Of a stretch of 64,000 nucleotides of DNA, positions 53,401-63,759 are shown in pieces. This DNA is from Lingula anatina (lineage: Eukaryota > Animalia > Brachiopoda), in contig CM120648.1 of NCBI GenBank assembly GCA_051362555.1, forward strand, positions 20,332,587 through 20,396,586, read 5' to 3'. Below the pieces are notes generated by a model. That model was not told the origin of the DNA. It saw nothing but the letters and a program-made list of their open reading frames with translations, and did no database searches. Every line of letters begins with the position of its first letter. The first letter of the stretch is position 1. The position numbers and the translations under genes are program-made.

Positions 53401-56400
53401 TAACCCTCTCAAAGGTCTTTCAGGCCCATAAGTCACATCTTAAGAAAAGCACAAAACAATAATGTACAAAATAGGAGACTACCAATTCTGATGCAATAAT
53501 ACATTATGTTTAACTGCACAGTCAATATCAAATTTTAATTATGCACAACAGGTAACACCGACGAAAGTAAAAGCATAAGGCTTCACGCCCATCAGAGTTC
53601 AAGTTTATACTTTGAAAGTGCCAGAATGAGAAAAATGAAAATTTCACACAAAATTGCATAAATTCAATAATAAAATAATTGACCAATTGACCTGGCTTTC
53701 TAATTTTAACTGCATGCCAATCCTAAAAATCATACTTGTATGTTAAAAATAATAATAAGTAACAATTTTCTTTTCATAATGTTTCCAGTAGCAGTGCAAA
53801 AAGATTTTTGTCAATTTTGATGTAACATTACATAATAAATTATAGAATAATTATCACCAATTTTTGATTATTGACTATAAATAGCAAGGACATGTAGAAA
53901 ATTTGATTACCATTCAGCTTCATGTCCATGGGAGTTCTGAGTCCCACAATGAATATGCCAAAAAGATAATAATGAATATTTCACTAAAATGTATAACTTC
54001 TAGAAAAAGAAGCTAATTAGACTGCTTTTCCAACTCAGGCTGCATTTTAGCCCTGTGTTTCTTTTTTGAAAGTTAGACAGTCATAAGTAACATGGTTTTC
54101 CCATAATGGTCATCATGGCAGCAACACCAAAAATTGTGTTTTCTTCTATTTTGATGCAACATTACATAATGTTTAACAGCATAATGACCATCAATTTTTA
54201 ATAATAAAATATTAGTATCATGGATATTCAGAAAATGTGACTAGCAAAGGTCTTCAAGCCCGTGGAACTTCAAAGTCACATCTTGAAAATGCCAAAATGT
54301 AAACAAGACAGCACTTTTCTGAAATGGGTTTATTTCCATTTTTAACACTTTTTTAACATAAAACAAAATTAACAGTTTACTGCCATTTTTATATGACCAA
54401 CTAAGAAAATTGATGAGATGGGAAAAATATCAATACAACAGTGTTAAATGTCCAATTTCCTCCATTCTGAGATTCTGAACATAGTGGATGATTGAATCTG
54501 ACAAACTGCAATGATATGTGTTTAATTCCATTTTTGACACTTCATTACACAATACATGATAACAAATTTACCCTCATTTTTACATAATCAACTGACAATG
54601 TTGTAAAGATGCAGGAAATGTCAAACAAACACTTTTACGTATCTTATTAGTTCAATAATGAGACTATTAACATGCCTAAGAATTGAATCTGAGGAAATGT
54701 GAAAAACAGCATAACTTCTAAAATAATGGCTGGATTATGCTGATTTTCATACTCAAGCTATGTTTTAGTAAGATTGACCACTCCTGTGAGTACAATGACA
54801 ATTGGCCTATCTGTTTTTCTTATATTGTGTTATCAGTGTTGCATATATGCTGAAAAAATTGAAAAAACAGCATAACTTCCCTAAAAATAGCCTGATCATG
54901 CTGATTTTCGAACTTGACCGGCGTATTATGAATATTCATCAGTTCTGTAACTTTCAAGCCAAAAGGCAAAACGGTTTTTCACTTATCGTGTTTACGGTTA
55001 AAGTGCACGCCAACGGCGACGGCGACGACAGATGCAGATGACGGCTATATGTACAGACACATCTGTGTCTGTACATAAAAAGTGACTTAAGTTACAATAA
55101 ATAACTCATGTAACAATAGGCAGACTAAGTCATGTAGCCTAGGCTTTCACGCTCAAAATGGGAAAAGCCAAGTGCTAGCAAGGCCACGACATAAAAATAT
55201 GGCAGACCTACATGAAAGGAAGACCCCTTAATCCTGTAATGGTCTCTATGCCTCTCACACGCCTCCCTATGTGTCGTCCCTACAGGGGCACAGTAATTAG
55301 ATCTCGGCTCAATTCAACAGTTCACGGGATGACGCATGGGGAGCCATGTGAGAGCAGAGAGACCATTACAGGATTAAGCAGTCTTCCCTTCATGTAGGTC
55401 CCCCATATTTAGGTCATGACCTTGCTAACACTTGGCTCTTCTCATTCTGAATTAGGGCAGAGAGTTGTGTAGCACAAGGCTGACTAAGTCATGTAGCCAG
55501 GCCCTTCCCCAGAGGATCATGTAGCTGACTAAATCATGTAGCCAAGGCTTTCCCCAGAGAACCATGTAGCTGACTAAATCATGTAGCCAAGGCCTTACCC
55601 AGAGAATCATGTAGCTGACTAAGTCATGGAGCCAAGGCCTTCCCCAGAGGATCATGTAGCTGACGAAATCATGTAGCCAAGGCCTTACCCAGAGAATCAT
55701 GTAGCTGACTAAATCATGTAGCCACGCCCTTCCCCAGAGAATCATGTAGCTGACTAAGTCATGTAGCCACGCCCTTCCCCAGAGAATCATGTAGCCGACT
55801 AAATCATGTAGCCAAGGCCTTACCCAGAGAATCATGTAGCTGACTAAGTCATGTAGCCAAGGCCTTCCCCAGAGGATCATGTAGCTGACTAAATCATGTA
55901 GCCAAGGCCTTACCCAGAGAATCATGTAGCTGACTAAGTCATGTAGCCAAGGCCTTCCCCAGAGGATCATGTAGCTGACGAAATCATGTAGCCAAGGCCT
56001 TACCCAGAGAATCATGTAGCTGACTAAATCATGTAGCCACGCCCTTCCCCAGAGAATCATGTAGCTGACTAAGTCATGTAGCCAAGGCCTTACCCAGAGA
56101 ATCATGTAGCTGACTAAATCATGTAGCCAAGGCCTTACCCAGAGAATCATGTAGCTCAAGGCTGACTAAGATTGCATTCACAACGAGTTGAACCATGGCT
56201 TTACGAATCCTGTAACTAAATATGGTGGACGTACATGAAAGAAAAACCGCCTAATCTTTTAATAGTCTCTACGCCTCTCACACGCCTCCCCATGCGTCGT
56301 CCCTGCGGGGGTACAGTCATTAAATCTCGGCTCCACTGGGATGACACATGGGGAGAATGGGAGAGAATCATGTAGCACAAGGCTGACAAAGTCATGTTGC

Positions 56401-59400
56401 CAAGGCCTTCCCCAGAGAGTCATGTAGCTGACTAAGTCATGTAGCTAAGGCCTTCCCCAGAGAGTCATGTAGCTGACTAAGTCATGTAGCCAAGGCTTTC
56501 CCCAGAGAATCATGTAGCTGACTAAGTCATGTAGCCAAGGCCTTCCCCAGAGAATCATGTAGCTGACTAAGTCATGTAGCCAAGGCCTTCCCCAGAGAGT
56601 CATGTAGCTAAGTCATGTAGCCAAGGCCTTCTCTAGAGAATCATCCAGCTGTCATTTCAAGGGACATTGGCCTCAAACATATATTTCCTCAAAAGATTGC
56701 CAGATAGCTTACAAATTTTTGAATGATGGGTTGGTTGATAAGGTATGCTTGGGTTGGACTCCCTGTACATTGATGACCAAATTATAGGTTTACATATTGA
56801 ACTCCCTGTACATTGATGACCAAATTATAGGTTTACATATTGAACTCCCTGTACATTGATGACCAAATTATAGGTTTACATATTGAACTCCCTGTACATT
56901 GATGACCAAACTACAGGTTCACAAATTGAACTCCCTGTACATTAGTGACCAAACTGTAGGTTCACAAATTGAACTCCCTGTACATTAGTGACCAAACTGT
57001 AGGTTCACAAATTGAACTCCCTGTACATTAGTGACCAAACTGTAGGTTCACAAATTGAACTCCCTGTACATTAGTGACCAAACTGTAGGTTCACAAATTG
57101 AACTCCCTGTACATTAGTGACCAAACTGTAGGTTCACAAATTGAACTCCCTGTACATCAATGACCAAACTATAACTCCCCGTACCCCAAATCCTGGGGAA
57201 TCCCCTTCATGTGGCAAAAGGTTGATCACGCCAGGAAGCAAAAAGTTGACTAACACATTGTGTTTTTGTTTGTCTTACCTGTGAGTATCTCAAGTTCTTG
57301 CTTGTGTAGGTATTGTACACTCCTTTAGAAATAGACTCTGAGTCTTGCCCATCTGTCCACACATACTGGCCTTTCTTACCTAGATAAACAATAGAGCAGT
57401 AAAAGACAACTTACTTTTCACAACCTGGAGAAATAATTATCGTTGATAAAAATGCATATTTCTATTATTCCCCTAATACTTTCACACCTGAAGTGTTAAA
57501 GGTACATACGAACCGAGCATCGGTGGAGCGTGGATTCCCAGTAACACATGTAAACCACTTCTACTAGATTCTTATATGACTCAAATAAATTCGACATGCC
57601 AAGGGATAAACTGAATAGATCACTCGATCAGCCATAAAAGACCTTTAGACTGCTCCTTTCTTTAAATTTTTGGTTGTAAATTTAACCTACTTTCATGACC
57701 TACTTTCCTGCCCCATTGACATACAGCTTAGAATGCCAGCAGAAAAATCCGTTCAAACATCATTTTCGGGTAAAATTAAACAGTGCCTTTTAGTAATTCT
57801 CTTAGTTATACTACTTGAAACTATATGCTGGCATTTGGTTGGTTTTTGTGACAAAAAATTGACTTTGTATGCATCTTTAAACATTTACCAAATTGCTTGC
57901 CAACTGAACTGTAGTACTACTTTAAATTATCTTCCATGTTAGTGACTGGCTGATCAAGGTCAAAGGATAATTGTTTCTTATTGTCCTTGGAAAAACCAGT
58001 CCAGTGTGTTAGGTGTGACAGAGTAAACTCACCCATCACAATGGCTGTCACAGTCCAGTGTGTTAGGTGTGACAATGAGAACTCACCCATCACAATGGCT
58101 GTCACGGTCCAGTGTGTTAGGTGTGACAATGAAAACTCACCCATCACAATGGCTGTCACGGTCCAGTGTGTTAGGTGTGACAATAAAAACTCACCCATCA
58201 CAATGGCTGTCACAGTCCAGAGTGTAAGTTGTGACAATGAAAACTCAACCATAACAATGGCTGTCACAGTCCAGTGTGTTAGGTGTGACAATGAAAACTC
58301 AACCATAACAATGGCTGTCACGGTCCAGTGTGTTAGGTGTGACAATAAAAACTCACCCATCACAATGGCTGTCACAGTCCAGTGTGTTAGGTGTGACAAT
58401 AAAAATTCACCCATCACAATGGCTGTCACAGTCCAGAGAGTTAGTTGTGACAATGAAAACTCAACCATAACAATGGCTGTCACAGTCCAGTGTGTTAGGT
58501 GTGACAATGAAAACACAACCATAACAATGGCTGTCACGGTCCAGTGTGTTAGGTGTGACAATAAAAACTCACCCATCACAATGGCTGTCACAGTCCAGTG
58601 TGTTAGGTGTGACAATGAAAACTCACCCATCACATAGCTGTCACAGTCCAGTGTGTTAGTTGTGACAATAAAAACTCACCCATCACAATGGCTGTCACAA
58701 TCCAGTGTGTTAGGTGTGACAATGAAAACTCACCCATCACATAGCTGTCACAGTCCAGTGTGTTAGGTGTGACAATGAAAACTCACCCATCACAATGGCT
58801 GTCACAGTTCAGTGTGTTAGGTGTGTCAATGAAAACTCTCCCATCACAATGGCTGTCACAGTCCAGTGTGTTAGGTGTGACAAGGAAAACTCTCCCATCA
58901 CAATGGCTGTCACAGTCCAGTGTGTTAGGTGTGACAGGTAAACTCACCCATCACAATGGCTGTCACAGTCCAGTGTGTTAGGTGTGACAGGTAAACTCAC
59001 CCATCACAATGGCTGTCACAGTCCAGTGTGTTAGGTGTGACAGGTAAACTCACCCATCACAATGGCTGTCCCTGTATCTTGACATCCAGGCAGCACCATG
59101 CCTGCTGCAATGTTGGCATTCTTCAGGAACTCTAGAGCCACATACTTGTCATTGTCAGAGGCCTCAGGGTCACTGAGAATGTTTGACAGTTGCTAAAATA
59201 ACATACACACAGATCAATGGGAACTGAACGTTCATTTCAAAGACTTGTATAACAATAACAAGGAGATGAACTGCAAAGAAAGTGAGTTATATCTATATTA
59301 ACATATAACTTATAAATGTGCTGGCTTCAGTTAGTTATATCTATATATATGAAAGTCTGACCTGTAAATGTGCTGGTCTCAGTAAGTAAGTTATATTTAT

Positions 59401-59616
59401 ATATGAGTGTCTAACCTGTAAATGTGCTGGTCTCGGTAAGTAAGTAATATATATATTTATGAAAGTCTTACCTGTAAATGTGCTGGTCTCGGTAAGTAAG
59501 TTGTATCTATATATATGAAAGTCTAACCTGTAAATGTGCTGGTCTCTGTAAATAAGTTATATATATATATATATATGAAAGTCTTACCTGTAAATGTGCT
59601 GGTCTCGGTAAGTAAG

Positions 59617-59656
<40 letters not shown>

Positions 59657-59663
59657 TTAAGAC

Positions 59664-59738
<75 letters not shown>

Positions 59739-59885
59739 TCTTACCTGTAAATGTGCTGGTCTCAGTAAGTAAGTTGTATCTATATATATGAAAGTCTAAC
59801 CTGTAAATGTGCTGGTCTCTGTAAATAAGTTATATATATATATATGAAAGTCTTACCTGTAAATGTGCTGGTCTCGAAAAATAAG

Positions 59886-59925
<40 letters not shown>

Positions 59926-60002
59926 GTCTTACCTGTAAATGTGCTGGTCTCGGTAAGTAAGTTATATATATATATATATATATATACATTTACAGGTAAG
60001 AC

Positions 60003-60069
<67 letters not shown>

Positions 60070-60158
60070 TCTTACCTGTAAATGTGCTGGTCTCAGTAAG
60101 TAAGTTATATATATATATGAAAGTCTTACCTGTAAATGTGCTGGTCTCTGTAAGTAAG

Positions 60159-60218
<60 letters not shown>

Positions 60219-60479
60219 GTCTTTCCTGTAAATGTGCTGGTCTCAGTAAGTAAGTTATATCTATATATATGAAAGTCTTACCTGTAAATGTGCTGGTCTC
60301 AGTAAGTTATATATCTCTATATATGAAAGACTTACCTGTAAATGTGCTGGTCTCAGTAAGTAAGTTATATATATATATATGAAAGTCTTACCTGTAAATG
60401 TGCTGGTCTCGGTAAATAAGTTATATATATATATATATGAAAGTCTAACCTGTAAATGTGCTGGTCTCGGTAAGTAAGT

Positions 60480-60518
<39 letters not shown>

Positions 60519-63500
60519 CAGTCATTCTTTGCTAGTGGTGCACTGCGGGGGGACCATAACAAGAATGTAATTTTAATTTAGATAGCCGACCAAATTCTCA
60601 TGACATCGTTGTGTATGTTTCAATAACAAATCAAAGAAGCTGCATGAGCAAGGAGGATATTGTTATAAAAGCAAAAAAAAGAGAAAAAGCAGAAAATATA
60701 TCGAAATTACCCTCAAAATGGCGTCGTTTTTTGTGGAATTTCAACCCTACCTCTATTTAGGAACAGTTTGTTTAGGGTTTGAATGAATTATTGAAGCAGG
60801 GAATACACCTACTGCAAGAAGATATAATAAACAGAATGTGCAAATGGTTATTTAAATAAAAATTTATTTGAAGTCACTGAAAAATGATCACAAAATTAGC
60901 TTAACTTACGATACATGCGGTGTCCCACCCCGATGAAAATTTCATCTAATCCTATCTTTCCGTATTAAAACCGTTCAATCGTCCAAAGTAGTATGTCGGT
61001 TAGTTTGTGTCACGAAATCCATGATAATATCAGTTTTCTTAAGAATTTCACATTTATTGCTCAGCAAGGTCGATTTTTCTTCACCGCGTCCCAATGTTAC
61101 GTTCGCAACGCTGAAACTTCAGAGATCGATTCTTATCAGACGACTTTAAAATGCCGCGTGAAAATTATACATCGATAGCGATCTTTTTCCATACTCACTA
61201 ACTGATGACGTCTTACACACGAATGGCTTCTTTTGCACACTAAAAAAACCAGCTCAAACTGGTGTAATTCCCTCGGTTTAACCGTCACAGGATTGTTTAT
61301 TGGGACCTTCTTTGTATGAAGGTGAGAAATAATGAGTTTCGTTTCATTTTTCTTCAACTGTTTCAACATATTTGTGTACCGATTGATTTTTAACCATTCT
61401 ATAAGTAGGGTGACTTCGTCTGAACTTTCGTTTTGCGTCTGTGTCACATGGGGGACTAAAGGTCGGGGTCCGCCATATAGATAAACGTCCCAATAAAATA
61501 TTCGCCCGATAGATACGTCTCTATACATACACGTCTCAATAGATTTACGTCTCGTTAAATTTACGTTCCGATAGATCCACCAACAGATTCCTATAAACAC
61601 ACGTATCTTTAGATCCAGGTACCGCTAGATCCATCTATCTGACATCGTAATTGGCTAAAAGGCCCATATCAACTTGCGTTGTGAAATTTAGAACACATTT
61701 TTATGTTCTTTTTTGTTTTGTTTTGTTTAGAACACATTTACATGTAAATTCAGAACACTTTTTACGTGTTCGAATGTTGCATTTTGAGAACGCTTTAAAC
61801 AGTGTTCTGACGCTAGAACAGTAATTAAGCGTTGTGAAATATAGAACACACTTTTGTTCTTTTTATGTTCTTTCACTGAGTATTGTGTGAAAACGATCTA
61901 GTAGAATAATATATTGCTGACTGCGTACTGCCGTTTTAAAGAAGTGCATTTTATGTACTGAGTAGTATACCAACCATTTCGAGCAATAGTGTACCTGTAA
62001 TGGATCTTTCGGTATTTGGATCTAAAAATACGTGGATCTATAGGTATGCGGATTTAAAGGACGTGGGTTTATGAGGACGTCATATCTATAGGAACGCAAA
62101 TATATAGGACAGCAGAAAAAAATCGGATCTATCGGTATTTAAATCTAAAAAGACGTTTTTTCCGTTTTTCCTTTATGTATCTATCGGTAACGGGAGTATA
62201 GGGACGTGTAATATTTTGGGACTAAATTTTATCCGTACGTACCCTAAAGGTCATATTGAACATGGTGACGCGGTGATACCGTATTCATGTTCTCTTGTTC
62301 TCGAAAACTCAATCATCGAAATTGAATTACTTTTTTTTAGTTTTGTCTTAAATTAAGCTGCTACACTGTATTCCGTGCGTTTAAAATTTAACCGTCTGTA
62401 AAAACAGCAATAATGGATTACTAGCAACACTTACGTTACGCAATGAAGCACCGAAAATGGGTGAAGAAAATGTGTCTCAGTAATGCGTGTTTGCCACTCA
62501 TAATGCACTGTACTTTCTTTGAATAAGCAATAAACTATTTGTGATCTTAGGTTATCCATTGTTCGTTATCAGAGTTAACAGATTCTTTGTGTGATTTTTT
62601 TTTTCAGAATCCCAAGAGTGGATGCCTTAGTGAGCACAGAACAGATATCACCATTGGTCCACATATGTCAGGAAGAATGTTATAATTATGAACTTTGTGT
62701 TACACTGAACTTCATTTTGTTAAATTTTGTATTTAACTGAACTTTATTGTGTTAAAATAATAATAAAAAAATAATAATTCAGATAAAAAACTACAATCTG
62801 GAACATTCTTTAGATCAACTTTCTTCAGTGTGTGTCCCATGTGACAGAGTTACAGTAAATAAAATATGTGCATTATTCCTCTGTGTTTGTCAATTCCATT
62901 TTAAAAGCATGTGAAAGTGGTGTGCCCCTCATGATTGAAGTGTGTATGGATAATAGCAAAAATATTGTTATTATTTACATGATTATAAAAAGTTTTTGTA
63001 CCCGCGTCAATAACGTTACCGTGACCCACATATTCACCATTTTTATTAATTATGAAATGTGGATTAAATTCTTCAAACCCAGTTTTGAAGCATTGAGACA
63101 ACACCCCCTTATGATTTAAACTAAAACTGAAAACATTCCATTAGACTTTCATTAGTTTGTGCAAAATATATTACCCAGGGTAACGCGTCTTGGATTTGGT
63201 GGGTATAGCTGTTCAACTCTCCTGTGTGCCCTAAAAAGGGCAGCTGCTGTTTCCCTTTTTATGAAATGATAAACTGTGATGGTGAAGCTATCACATTGCA
63301 AAATTACAGCTTCCCAGATAAAGTTTGAAATTTTCGGTCAAATTCAACATTTTGTAACCACTAGCAAAGAATGACTGATATACAAAAGTCTTACCTGTAA
63401 ATGTGCTGGTCTCTGTAAGTAAGTTATATATATATATATGAAAGTCTTACCTGTAAATGTGCTGGTCTCTGTAAGTAAGTTATATATATATATATGAAAG

Positions 63501-63702
63501 TCTTAACTGTAAATGTGCTGGTCTCAGTAAGTAAGTTATATATATATATGAAAGTCTAACCTGTAAATGTGCTGGTCTCGGTAAGTAAGTTATATATATA
63601 TTTATGAAAGTCTTACCTGTAAATGTGCTGGTCTCAGTAAGTAAGTTATATATATATATATGAAAGTCTAACCTGTAAATGTGCTGGTCTCGGTAAGTAA
63701 GT

Positions 63703-63759
<57 letters not shown>

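Noticed and set aside
55452-58981. 235-, 238- and 218-aa ORFs
   Set aside because: They are translations of the 45-bp and 54-bp tandem repeats.
30021-59192. Bacterial contamination or a raw HGT insert explaining the fumA similarity
   Set aside because: The coding sequence is split by canonical spliceosomal introns filled with eukaryotic TEs.
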